Assembly: GCA_902786465.1 (NCBI GenBank)
Contig: CADACQ010000007.1
Location: forward strand, 20,600 to 84,599
Direction: 5' to 3'
DNA length: 64,000 bases
Source of the DNA: an uncultured Eubacteriales bacterium
Lineage (GTDB): Bacteria > Bacillota > Clostridia > Christensenellales > CAG-138
Below the pieces are notes generated by a model. The model ran no database searches, was not told where the DNA came from, and saw only the letters and a list, made by a program, of their open reading frames with translations. Both the position numbers and the translations under genes were made by a program. Below, piece by piece: positions 9,661 to 18,522 of the stretch (position 1 is the stretch's first letter; the number at the start of each line of letters is the position of its first letter).

Positions 9661-10620
9661 TCAACTCCTTATCATAGTATAGATGGCTTCCGCGGTGACG
9701 CTGTCCGTCACCAGCATGTTGTAGTATCCGGCTCTCGCGGCGGCGATGAGGGCGGGGACCTTGTCCCGCCCGCCGGCGAGACAGATCACCTTGCGGACCC
9801 GGCGAAGATCGGCGGCGTCGAAGGCCACCCGCTCGTAGCCGGAGATCTCGGGCACCAGGGTGCCGTCCGCCCGGAAGAAATGGGTCAGCACGTCGCCCAC
9901 GGCCTGGGCCAGGAGCGACCGCTCGGCAGGCTGGGCGTCCACCTCGGTGATGAAGAAATGATCGGCGCCCGGGGCGGTCCCTACGCCCACGATGGCGGCG
10001 TCCAGATCGTCCCAATAGCGGTGCAGCTGCTGGAGCCGCTTCTTTTCCAGCTCCGACAGAGCCACCTCGCTTTCCCGGAAGGCGGGCACGTTGATAAAAT
10101 AGGTATGGGCCCGGAACCGCTCGCCCATCCTGTCCAGGATGGTGTTCACCTGCAAGGCGGGATTGTCCGTGCCGGAAACGCCGATGAGGGGCACGAACAG
10201 CTTCTCGGACTCCGCCACCCGGTGAGAGAGGACGCAGCTCATACGGTACACGGTCCGGCCCCAGCCTACGCCCACCGTCCGGCAGGATTTGAGTTCTTTA
10301 GGAAGGAAGCCGGCGGCGGCGGTGGCGATGGCCTCGATCACGTCCTCCTCGGCGGCGGTCTCGTTGAGGGGCGCGATGGCCACGTCCTTCAGCTTCAGCT
10401 CCCGGATGAGATCGTCCCGCAGCTCGTTGAGGCTGATCCGGCCCGGCATGCGCACGGTGATCTCCACGATGCCACGGGCCCGCGCCTGATCCAGCAGCCG
10501 GGAGATCTGGGAGCGGGAGATGCTCTCCGCCGCTGCGATCTGGGCCTGGGTCAGACCGTCCATATAGTACATCTTGGCGATACGATACATCTGCATCATA
10601 TCCGTGCGATTTCGAGGCAT
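9661..10620 (-). CDS. SorC/DeoR-family sugar-binding transcriptional regulator
   Basis: N-terminal HTH YRIAKMYYMDGLTQAQIAAAESISRSQISRLLDQARARGIVEI followed by a sugar-phosphate-binding domain. Confidence 0.9.
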   Translation of the reverse strand: MPRNRTDMMQMYRIAKMYYMDGLTQAQIAAAESISRSQISRLLDQARARGIVEITVRMPGRISLNELRDDLIRELKLKDVAIAPLNETAAEEDVIEAIATAAAGFLPKELKSCRTVGVGWGRTVYRMSCVLSHRVAESEKLFVPLIGVSGTDNPALQVNTILDRMGERFRAHTYFINVPAFRESEVALSELEKKRLQQLHRYWDDLDAAIVGVGTAPGADHFFITEVDAQPAERSLLAQAVGDVLTHFFRADGTLVPEISGYERVAFDAADLRRVRKVICLAGGRDKVPALIAAARAGYYNMLVTDSVTAEAIYTMIRS

Positions 10621-10638
10621 GAAACAGCTCCTGTAATG

Positions 10639-11364
10639 TTATTTATGAAGGATTTGGTACAGTTTTTCGATGCGCTCCGCGGCGTCCTCGCTCTGGAACA
10701 GGTTCCGGCCGAAGCAGAAGCCCTTGACGCCGCAGCGGACGGCGTCCGCCGCCGTGTCCAAAATGTCCGCGCCCTTGGGTCCGCCGGCGAGGACGATGGG
10801 CACCGGGCAGTTTCTGACCACGGCCTCGAAGTTCTCGGTATAGAAGGCCTTCACCACGTCCGCCCCCAGCTCCGCGGCCACCCGGGCCCCGTTGGCCTGG
10901 ATGTCGAAGGTCTGGGTCTTGGTGAAGTCGTCGGCCAGGATCTCCACCACCACGGGGATCTGGAGCCGATGGAAGCCGTCGATGGCCTCCGCCGCGTCCT
11001 GGATGCTCCGATAGTCGGCGCCGCCCAGGACCATCATCATCACCACCGCGTCCGCGCCCATAGCGAGGGCCGTCTCGGGGCTGACGAAATTCTTGTTCAC
11101 GTTGGTGAACTCCGTGGACAGGAAGGTGCCGCCGAAGGAGGTGCGCAGGATGATCTTCTTGTGGAGCAGCTCCTGCTGGGCCAGGCGGGCCACCCCGGGG
11201 TTGATCAAGAAGGCGTCCAGCTTGGAGTCCTTCCGGGCCCGGATCACGGAGACGGGGTCCTCCAGCCCTTCCACCAGGCCGCACTGAGGCAGGTCCATGG
11301 CCATGGCGAACAGCTTTCCTTCGTTGGAGAACAGGCGGGCAACGTTGCGCTCTAATCCATTCAT
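10639..11364 (-). CDS. class I aldolase, DhnA/FbaB/LsrF family
   Basis: Start at MNGLERNV (ATG 11364-11362). FAMAMD and GADVVKAFY (Schiff-base Lys context) are typical of this family. Confidence 0.8.
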   Translation of the reverse strand: MNGLERNVARLFSNEGKLFAMAMDLPQCGLVEGLEDPVSVIRARKDSKLDAFLINPGVARLAQQELLHKKIILRTSFGGTFLSTEFTNVNKNFVSPETALAMGADAVVMMMVLGGADYRSIQDAAEAIDGFHRLQIPVVVEILADDFTKTQTFDIQANGARVAAELGADVVKAFYTENFEAVVRNCPVPIVLAGGPKGADILDTAADAVRCGVKGFCFGRNLFQSEDAAERIEKLYQILHK

Positions 11365-11568
11365 AGTAAAAACCCCTCTTTCCAGCTTTTTTTCATTGTA
11401 CCGCAACCTTGGATCAATTACAATCCGCCCGGAAAGATTTGCACATTTGTCCATCACTTTTTTGCATAATATCCTGCAAAAGGAAGAAAAGTATCGGCAG
11501 CGCGACGCTTTTGCGGCTTGGACGGGATTTGGGCATTTGTGAAAAATGAAGAAAAAACTGGACAGGGG

Positions 11569-11597
11569 CGGGGGAGCCGATTATAATACACTACGTA
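11569..11597 (+). promoter_or_regulatory. sigma-A-type promoter for the lipoprotein gene
   Basis: TGGACA (11569-11574), 17-nt spacer, TATAAT (11592-11597), about 75 nt upstream of ATG 11673. Confidence 0.55.
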
Positions 11598-11672
11598 TAC
11601 AGGCGGCCTGCCCCCTGGGGTGCGCCGCGGCGTACGACACATCATTTTGCAAATAAAACAGGAGGGATAGAC

Positions 11673-13082
11673 ATGAAAAAGACCTGGTTCGCATTGCTGC
11701 TGGCCGTGGTGATGCTGGCGTCCATGTTCGTCGGCTGCACCCAGAAGCCCGCGGAAAAGCCTGCTGAGGCGGCTCCCGTCGCGACGGAAGCGCCCAAGCC
11801 CACCGAAGCCCCCAAAGAGGAGCCCAAGCCCACCGAGGCGCCCGCTCCCGAGCCCACGGCTGAGCCCGAACCCGAGCCCGAACCCGAGCCCGAAGGCCTC
11901 CACAAGCTGGTCGTGCTGAACACGCTGGTGAAGGACATGGAGACCGTCAAGAGCGAGGATTCCCGCTTCAACGCCTACTGGCTGCCCTCCTATAAGCTGG
12001 GCGAGATCTTCGAGAAGAACTTCTGGTTCGTGCCCGAAGCCAACGAGGTGGTGGCCGTGGTGGCTTACAGCGACGGCTACACCGACGACGGCACCGATTC
12101 CTATGAGACCCTGTGCGCCAAGGGCATCTCTTTCGGCTTCACCGACAGCAAGGGCGGCACCTACGACGTGTTCACCGGTCCCACCCAGAAGATGAACGCC
12201 ATGGTCCAGTACATGGGCTACATCCTCACCGGCCACGAGTGCGCTTTGTTCGTGCCTGAAGACGGCTGGGAGAACGTGAAGGAGCTGTTCGACGAGATCA
12301 AGATGGCGCCCGCCGAGTCCTACGACTTCATCTGCGCCGACGACTACAAGGAAGAGATCGCCGCGGCGGATCTGGACAAGGTCAAGATCTACTTCGACGA
12401 GAAGGGCACCATCGACGCCACCTCCATCGCCTATCCCGGCTATGGCCTCACCAGCGTCCGCTACATCGTGCCCCATGACTTCACCAAGGAATCCGAGCCC
12501 GTGGAGGGCATCTGCCAGATCGTGGTCATGCCCAACGCCGAGGGCATCCTGGACACCGAACCCGCCGAGCTCATGAACTATGGCGGCACCCTGTACGCAG
12601 CCTATCCCGTGGCGGACGTGCTCGCCAAAGCCGGCATCGAGACCACCACGGCCAAGGCCATCTCCTACAAGGACGGCTATATCTTCGACTACGATATCGA
12701 CACCTTCATGAAGGTCTACATCTGCCTGGACACCAAGAACAAGAACGACGCCTTCACCTGCGGCAAGGCCCAGGTCCGGGATCAGCTCTGCAAGGCGGCC
12801 GGCCAGTACGTCTTCGATGACGCGGCCCTGGTCTACGTGCCCGGCACGGACGTGCTGCCCGACGGTTACTCCGTGCCCGACCTGTTCAAGGCCATCGGCA
12901 TGGTGGAAGCCAAGGCCTACAAGTTCACCTGCGCCGACGGCTGGTCCGAGGAGATCGACGCAGAGGATCTGGCGGAAGTGAAGATCTTCATCAACGCGGC
13001 CGGCGACGGCGTGGACGCTACCTCCATCGCCTACCCCGACTACACGCTGATGAACATCCTCGAGATCACCCCCGTCGCCTGA
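11673..13082 (+). CDS. lipoprotein of unknown function with internal two-fold domain repeat
   Basis: Signal peptide with lipobox MFVGC and a Pro/Glu/Ala/Thr linker. Two repeated modules end in ...FICADDYKEEIAAADLDKVKIYFDEKGTIDATSIAYPGYGL and ...FTCADGWSEEIDAEDLAEVKIFINAAGDGVDATSIAYPDYTL. Confidence 0.75.
   Translation: MKKTWFALLLAVVMLASMFVGCTQKPAEKPAEAAPVATEAPKPTEAPKEEPKPTEAPAPEPTAEPEPEPEPEPEGLHKLVVLNTLVKDMETVKSEDSRFNAYWLPSYKLGEIFEKNFWFVPEANEVVAVVAYSDGYTDDGTDSYETLCAKGISFGFTDSKGGTYDVFTGPTQKMNAMVQYMGYILTGHECALFVPEDGWENVKELFDEIKMAPAESYDFICADDYKEEIAAADLDKVKIYFDEKGTIDATSIAYPGYGLTSVRYIVPHDFTKESEPVEGICQIVVMPNAEGILDTEPAELMNYGGTLYAAYPVADVLAKAGIETTTAKAISYKDGYIFDYDIDTFMKVYICLDTKNKNDAFTCGKAQVRDQLCKAAGQYVFDDAALVYVPGTDVLPDGYSVPDLFKAIGMVEAKAYKFTCADGWSEEIDAEDLAEVKIFINAAGDGVDATSIAYPDYTLMNILEITPVA
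11862..11894 (+). repeat. coding tandem repeat (GAGCCCGAACCC x about 2.75) encoding (EP)n
   Basis: Directly visible: gagcccgaaccc gagcccgaaccc gagcccgaa inside the linker of the lipoprotein. Confidence 0.9.
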
Positions 13083-13089
13083 GTATGCG

Positions 13090-13121
13090 AAAAAACCTCC
13101 CCTGCAGGGGAGGTTTTTTTA
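13090..13121. terminator. intrinsic terminator hairpin
   Basis: aaaaaaCCTCCCCtgcaGGGGAGGttttttt immediately after the stop at 13082; flanked by an A-tract and a T-tract. Confidence 0.85.
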
Positions 13122-13170
13122 TTCATCACAGGATCGTGCGCGAAAACCAAACCACAGGGAGGAAAACGCT

Positions 13171-15012
13171 GTGAAAAGAACCATCGCATTTTGTCTTGCT
13201 CTCGTGATGCTGCTGGGCATCGTGGCCGGGTGCAAGAAGACCGAGACCGTCGAAACCAAGCCCCAGGTCACCGAGGCCCCCGCCGCTGCCACCGCTGCCC
13301 CCGCCGCTCCGGCGGCCACGGAGGTCCCGGCCCCCACGGAGCCCCCCTTCAAGGGCGCGTACCCCGGTGACGAGTATGCCACCGGCGCCGTGGGCGAGTT
13401 CGGCGCGGCTGCCTGCGCCAACCCCGTGGCGTCCCAGATCGGCGTGGACATCCTGAAGGCCGGCGGCAACGCCGTAGACGCGGCCGTGGCCATGATCTAC
13501 GCCGTGGGCCTGCTGGAGCCCGCCGCTTCCGGCATGGGCGGCGCAGGCCAGATGGTCATCTACCTGAAGGCGGAGGACCGGTATTTGGTGCTGGAGTACA
13601 TGACCCAGGCGCCCGGGGCGGCCATTGCCGGGGAGATCTCCACCGACACCTCCTCCAACCCGCCCTCCGTGGAGTCCCTGGCCATCCCCGGGGTGGTCCA
13701 CGGCACCATGACGGCCCTCGAGAAGTACGGCAGCGGCAACCTGACCCGCCGTCAGGTCCTGCAGCCGGTCATCGACCTGGCCCGCAACGGGTTCACCCTG
13801 CCCCAGCGCTGGAACACCAACATCGAGGGCCGGTATGAGAACCTGTCCGCGTACCCCTACACCCTGGGCCTGTATACCGACGACGGCTTCACCTACTCCA
13901 ACGGCCAGACCATCTACAACAAGGACCTGGCCGACACCCTGGATCTCATCGCCGACGGAGGCAAGGAAGCCTTCTACAACAGCGACTTCACCCAGAAGAT
14001 GGTTGACTATATCCAGTCCATCGGCGGCATCCTCACCCGGGAGGACTTCGCCCAGTACGAGACCAAGGAGCGGGAAGCCATCTCCACCACCTACCGGGGC
14101 AACACCGTCTACACCGTGGGCGGCCCCAGCAACGGCGGCGTGGCCCTCCTCGAGATGCTGAACATCATGGAGAACTTCGACATGAAGGCCCTTGGGCGCG
14201 ACAGCATGGAGGCCGTCAAGGTCACCGCTGACGCCTACGCCCTGGCGGAGATGGACGGCGTGGCCTACATGGCCGACCCGGATTACTACAACCTGCCCGT
14301 GGCCGAGATGATCAGCAAGGAGTACGCCAAGGAGCGGGCGGCCAAGATCACCCTGGACACCTACCTCAAGAACGCCAAGAAGGGGAACCTCACCGTGACC
14401 CTCAGCGAGACCGGCGAAGCGGTGGCCGCCGCCAACACCCCCGATCAGGGCGGCACCACCCATCTGGCCGTCATGGACAAGGACGGGAACGTGGTCTCCA
14501 CCACCAACACCAACGGCATCAACTTCGGCTCTGCCGTGGCCGTGCCCGGCACGGGCTTCGTGTTCAGCGCCCACCTGGGGAACCTGACCAACAGCCCCTC
14601 CGCCAAGGTGAACCGGCTCATGCCCTACATCCGGGTCCGCTCCACCATCTGCCCCTCCATCGTGGCCGACGAGAACGGCGTGCCCTTCCTGGCCGTGGGC
14701 TCCCCCGGCAACTGGGCGCTGGTGTCCGCCGTGGCCATCGCCATCTCCAACGTCATCGACTACGACATGAACGTGGCGGAGGCCGTGAACGCGCCCCGGG
14801 TCTATCGGGACCAGAACAGCAAGAACCTGACCATCGAGAGCCGGTACAGCCAGGAGACCATGGACAAGCTCACCGCCCTGGGCTTCTCCCTCACCAACGA
14901 AGGCGAGCTGGGCTCCCACGTGGGCTGCGTGGCCGCCGTGTACCATAAGCCCGGCGACAAGTTCTACGCCGCCGCGGACTACCGCCGCTTCTACGGTTCC
15001 GCCGCCTATTGA
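13171..15012 (+). CDS. ggt: gamma-glutamyltransferase family lipoprotein (GGT/CapD-like)
   Basis: GTG start behind AGGGAGG, lipobox VAGC, Pro/Ala/Thr linker. GGT motifs ASQIGVDILKAGGNAVDAAVA and the autoprocessing nucleophile context DQGGTTHLAVMD. Confidence 0.9.
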   Translation: MKRTIAFCLALVMLLGIVAGCKKTETVETKPQVTEAPAAATAAPAAPAATEVPAPTEPPFKGAYPGDEYATGAVGEFGAAACANPVASQIGVDILKAGGNAVDAAVAMIYAVGLLEPAASGMGGAGQMVIYLKAEDRYLVLEYMTQAPGAAIAGEISTDTSSNPPSVESLAIPGVVHGTMTALEKYGSGNLTRRQVLQPVIDLARNGFTLPQRWNTNIEGRYENLSAYPYTLGLYTDDGFTYSNGQTIYNKDLADTLDLIADGGKEAFYNSDFTQKMVDYIQSIGGILTREDFAQYETKEREAISTTYRGNTVYTVGGPSNGGVALLEMLNIMENFDMKALGRDSMEAVKVTADAYALAEMDGVAYMADPDYYNLPVAEMISKEYAKERAAKITLDTYLKNAKKGNLTVTLSETGEAVAAANTPDQGGTTHLAVMDKDGNVVSTTNTNGINFGSAVAVPGTGFVFSAHLGNLTNSPSAKVNRLMPYIRVRSTICPSIVADENGVPFLAVGSPGNWALVSAVAIAISNVIDYDMNVAEAVNAPRVYRDQNSKNLTIESRYSQETMDKLTALGFSLTNEGELGSHVGCVAAVYHKPGDKFYAAADYRRFYGSAAY

Positions 15013-15028
15013 TCCACTTCACAAAAGA

Positions 15029-15072
15029 GGCCGGGGAGAGCGCTGAAGCTCGCCCCGGCCCAGGAGGTTTTT
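15029..15072 (+). terminator. possible weak terminator/attenuator hairpin overlapping the next RBS
   Basis: GGCCGGGG...CCCCGGCC stem (15029-15060) followed by caggaggTTTTTT. The T-run is separated from the stem by the RBS, so function is uncertain. Confidence 0.3.
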
Positions 15073-15076
15073 TATC

Positions 15077-16360
15077 ATGCGTGAAGAATACTTGCTTGCC
15101 CTCCTGATGCTGGGGGTGGTGGCGGTGGTGGAGATCATCACCCGAAACCATCCCAAGTGGTGGGCGCCTGCCCTGCTGCTGGCCGCCGTGGCCGGGAGCC
15201 TGGCGGCGGGCATGGGCCTGCGCTTCCGGGAGATCGTGGAGGGGCCCTTCGGCTTCCTCGACGCCCTGCTCCCCTGCGTGGTGGGCATGATCTTTCTCAG
15301 GGTCCTGAAGGACAACGGGGCCTGGGACGGGCTGCTGAGCCGTCTGCTGGGAGGGAGCCCGATCCTCTCCAGCTTCGGGGCCCTGCTCTTTGTGGCCCTG
15401 CCGGGCATGCTGACGGGCTTTGCCGCGGCCTCCGTGCTCATGAGCGCCAAACCGGTGTATTCCTACCTGCGCAGCCGCGGCGCCGACAAGGCCAAGGCCG
15501 TGGGTTTCATCGCCGTGGGCGCGTTCCTGGGCATGATGCTGCCCCCCAACTGCATCCCCGCCATCGTGGCGGCTAACGGCGCCGGGAGCGTGCTGCCCAC
15601 CCCCTATGTGGGCTTCTTCCTGCCGCTGCTGGTGCTGGCCCTGCCTGCCTTCCTCCTCTTCGGGATCATGAGCGCGCCCCTCTTCAAGGGGACCGCTCCT
15701 GACCTTCCCAAGGGAAAGCTGCTGCCGCTGCTGCCCCTCGTTGTGGTCCTGGCGCTGGTGCTGGTGGAGGGGCTGTTGGGCTCCTACGTGTACGTAGGCG
15801 GCCAGGTGATCATCTTCCTCGTCGGCCTGGTGCTGGCCTTCCTCCTGCCGGCGGAGCGCCGGGGGCTCAAGGCGGCCCTGGACACCGTGCTCCAGGGCAC
15901 GGCGGATCTGGCCATCCCCGCGGCGGCGGTCCTGGCGTTGGGCTCCTTCATCGAGGTCAGCTCCATGAACGGCATCCGGGGCATCTTCTCCTACCATATC
16001 CTGCCCTGGACCAACGGGGATCTCACCTGGGCGGTGATGCTGGTGCTCATGGCCCTGTCCCTGGCGGTGGGCTTCTTCCTGTCGGCGCCCCTGCCCGCCT
16101 TCTTCATCACCTACGCGGTGTTCCCCATCGGGTGGCTGGCCAACACGGTGATCGTCACCGGCTGCGCGGCGGCCGTGGGCGTGGTTTGCCTCATAGCCTT
16201 CCGGGGCGGCGTCTTCTCCCGGACCAAGGAGGAGCTGGGGATCGAGGACGTGACCTATAAGCAGGTCCTGCCGCAGCTGCTGCTGCCGGCCCTGCTGGTG
16301 ACGGTCCTGGGCGTCGTCATGGTCGTCTTCGGCGACAAGATGACGGGACTCATTCTGTAA
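15077..16360 (+). CDS. DctM-like (TRAP large-subunit / ion-transporter superfamily) permease, copy A
   Basis: 427 aa, polytopic. The segment LPGMLTGFAAASVL...AVGAFLGMMLPPNCIPAIV resembles the DctM signature (sGSs.A...P....G.lG..iPPS). Paralogous to 18523..19797. Confidence 0.7.
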   Translation: MREEYLLALLMLGVVAVVEIITRNHPKWWAPALLLAAVAGSLAAGMGLRFREIVEGPFGFLDALLPCVVGMIFLRVLKDNGAWDGLLSRLLGGSPILSSFGALLFVALPGMLTGFAAASVLMSAKPVYSYLRSRGADKAKAVGFIAVGAFLGMMLPPNCIPAIVAANGAGSVLPTPYVGFFLPLLVLALPAFLLFGIMSAPLFKGTAPDLPKGKLLPLLPLVVVLALVLVEGLLGSYVYVGGQVIIFLVGLVLAFLLPAERRGLKAALDTVLQGTADLAIPAAAVLALGSFIEVSSMNGIRGIFSYHILPWTNGDLTWAVMLVLMALSLAVGFFLSAPLPAFFITYAVFPIGWLANTVIVTGCAAAVGVVCLIAFRGGVFSRTKEELGIEDVTYKQVLPQLLLPALLVTVLGVVMVVFGDKMTGLIL

Positions 16361-16373
16361 GGAGGGAAAGCAC

Positions 16374-16520
16374 ATGATATCCATCATCTATTACGTGGTG
16401 ATCTCCCTGCTTGCGGTGCTGCTGCTGGTGGACCTGCTGAAGAAGCGCCCCCTGCCGGAGCTCATTTCCCTGGCCGTCATCCTGGTGACCTTCGCCCTCA
16501 GGGCGCTGCACGTCAAGTGA
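16374..16520 (+). CDS. 48-aa two-helix membrane miniprotein, copy A (not in ORF track)
   Basis: ATG 16374 lies 13 nt after the permease stop, behind AAGGAGGGAAAG. Sequence: MISIIYYVVISLLAVLLLVDLLKKRPLPELISLAVILVTFALRALHVK. A paralogue sits in the same position at 19810..19962. Confidence 0.65.
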   Translation: MISIIYYVVISLLAVLLLVDLLKKRPLPELISLAVILVTFALRALHVK

Positions 16521-16530
16521 GGAGGCGGCC

Positions 16531-17673
16531 ATGAAGAAATACAGCTATCTTTGGAAAAATATCCTGGTGCTGGCCGTGGCCCTTCTGTTCGCCGCGGTGG
16601 CGGCCCACGACTTCCTCGCCATGCGGACCCCGGAGCCCGTGGTGGCCAGCAAGGGCCTCACCCGGGTGGCCAGGCTCTCGGAGTACTGCGCCAACCTGAA
16701 GGGCACCGTGGGGGACGAGGCGGTCTACGTGTTCGATTCCGGCGTGCCCGGCGGCACCTTCCTGGTGCTGGGCGGCACCCACCCCAACGAGAGCGCCGGC
16801 ATGATGGCGGCCATCGCCATGGCGGAGAACATCGAGGTGACGGCAGGCCGGGTCTTCATCATGCCCTGGACCAACACCTCGGGCTTCACCCACACCTCGC
16901 CTCTCGACGGCATGGTGGACATGTTCACCATCACCCTGAAGGACGGCTCCACCCGCACCTTCCGGGTGGGCAACCGGCTCACCAACCCGGTGGATCAGTG
17001 GCCCGATCGGAACTACTATGAGGGCACCTCCGGCCGGAAGCTGGTGGGCACGGAGACGGCGGAGATCCGCAACGTGAACCGGCTCTATCCCGGCAACGAG
17101 AACGGCGTTCTCACGGAGCAGGTCTGCGCGGGCATCAAGAACATGATCGTAGAGGAGAACGTGTCCATCGTCATGGACATGCACGAGGGCTCCCCGGAGT
17201 TCTACTATCTGGACACCACCATGGCCCATGAGCGGGCCCTGAACGTAGCCTCCCTCATGGCCATGGACATGGGCATGGAAGGGCTGGACATGAAGGCGGA
17301 GCTGTCCGGGCAGACCAGCTACGGCCTGTCCCACCGGAGCCTGGGGGACAACACCGACGCCCTCATGACCCTCATGGAGACCTACAACCCCTCCATGGGC
17401 CCCCTTCACGGGAAGATGGACGACGACCTCATCGTCAACGGCAACGAGCCCAACTACTACCAGGCCCATCTGGACGGCTACATCTACTACCGGGTGAAGG
17501 AGAACGGCATCCCCCTCATCGAGCGGATCGCCCGGCACATCGTGTGCATCACCAAGCTGAAGGACGCCTACAACCTGTATCATCCCGAAGCGCCCATCGA
17601 GTTCACCTGTCTCGGCTCCTACGACGACATGATGCAACTGGGCCTCGAAGGCGTCTTCAAGCCCGTCAAATAA
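16531..17673 (+). CDS. membrane-anchored zinc carboxypeptidase-like protein (AstE/AspA - M14-like fold), copy A
   Basis: N-terminal TM helix. LVLGGTHPNE (HxxE), RNVNRLYPG (NxxR...PG) and VMDMHEG (third zinc ligand context). Paralogous to 19973..21109. Confidence 0.75.
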   Translation: MKKYSYLWKNILVLAVALLFAAVAAHDFLAMRTPEPVVASKGLTRVARLSEYCANLKGTVGDEAVYVFDSGVPGGTFLVLGGTHPNESAGMMAAIAMAENIEVTAGRVFIMPWTNTSGFTHTSPLDGMVDMFTITLKDGSTRTFRVGNRLTNPVDQWPDRNYYEGTSGRKLVGTETAEIRNVNRLYPGNENGVLTEQVCAGIKNMIVEENVSIVMDMHEGSPEFYYLDTTMAHERALNVASLMAMDMGMEGLDMKAELSGQTSYGLSHRSLGDNTDALMTLMETYNPSMGPLHGKMDDDLIVNGNEPNYYQAHLDGYIYYRVKENGIPLIERIARHIVCITKLKDAYNLYHPEAPIEFTCLGSYDDMMQLGLEGVFKPVK

Positions 17674-17717
17674 GGCAACCCCATACGAATATATAAGGAA
17701 AAGAGGAAAAGAAAACC

Positions 17718-18440
17718 ATGAAAAAGATCATCGCCATCCTGTTGGCCGTCCTGTTCGTCACCGCCCTCGCCGCCTGCGGCAGCAAGAGCGCTGAGACCGC
17801 CCCCGCCGCCACCCAGGCTCCCGCCGCGGAGCAGAAGCAGGAGGGCTACACCTCCTCCCAGGGCACCGTGGACGGGTTCGATCCCAACCAGAAGACCGAG
17901 TTCGCCATGAACACCAGCGAGGAGGTCCGCACCTTCAACATCGGCGAGGTGGACCCCTCCCTGTTCGAAGCGCCCATCCTGGTCACCTCCTTCGGTCAGA
18001 GCGCCGACACGTCCATGATGGACGCCATCATGAAGCGGTCCGGCGTGAAGGACTATGCCTTCAACGCCCTGGCCAAGGACACCGACATCAAGAACTATAA
18101 GACCGTCATCATCGTCTGCGGCGCCAGCTCCAAGGGCCTGGGCGCGGCCGGCATCTCCGAGGCGGACGAGACCGCCCGGGCCGAGAAGATCATGGCCGCC
18201 ATCAACGAGACCAACCCGGCGGTCATCATGTGCCACCTGGGCGGCTCCATGCGCCGGGGCGTCCTGTCCGACAAGCTCACCGACATGGTGCTGGAGGTGG
18301 CCAAGTACATGGTGGTGGTGGAGGACGCCAACTTCGACGGCAAGTTCACCACCGTGGCCCAGGAGAAGAACATCCCCCTGACCTACCTGTACGCCATCAA
18401 GGACGGCATGGACGTGTTCTCCGCCCTGTTCAACAAATAA
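17718..18440 (+). CDS. lipoprotein of unknown function (candidate solute-binding partner)
   Basis: Signal peptide with lipobox LAACG and an Ala/Pro/Gln linker, then a ~190-aa alpha/beta-looking domain. I recognise no motif. Confidence 0.7.
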   Translation: MKKIIAILLAVLFVTALAACGSKSAETAPAATQAPAAEQKQEGYTSSQGTVDGFDPNQKTEFAMNTSEEVRTFNIGEVDPSLFEAPILVTSFGQSADTSMMDAIMKRSGVKDYAFNALAKDTDIKNYKTVIIVCGASSKGLGAAGISEADETARAEKIMAAINETNPAVIMCHLGGSMRRGVLSDKLTDMVLEVAKYMVVVEDANFDGKFTTVAQEKNIPLTYLYAIKDGMDVFSALFNK

Positions 18441-18457
18441 GAACCTGTTTCGTCGCC

Positions 18458-18496
18458 CTGCCCGCCCCGATCCCCGGGGCGGGCGGGATGTTTTCC
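18458..18496 (+). terminator. possible intrinsic terminator
   Basis: CCCGCCCC gatcccc GGGGCGGG stem-loop followed by cgggatgTTTTcc. The T-tract is short. Confidence 0.4.
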
Positions 18497-18522
18497 TGAT
18501 CCGATACAGAGAGGAGAACGCT

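Noticed and set aside
13126-14946. 606-aa minus-strand ORF; also 18535..20106 and 11454..12476
   Set aside because: These are antisense to the GGT, DctM-like permease and lipoprotein genes. They are high-GC artefacts with His/Gly/Val/Asp-rich translations.
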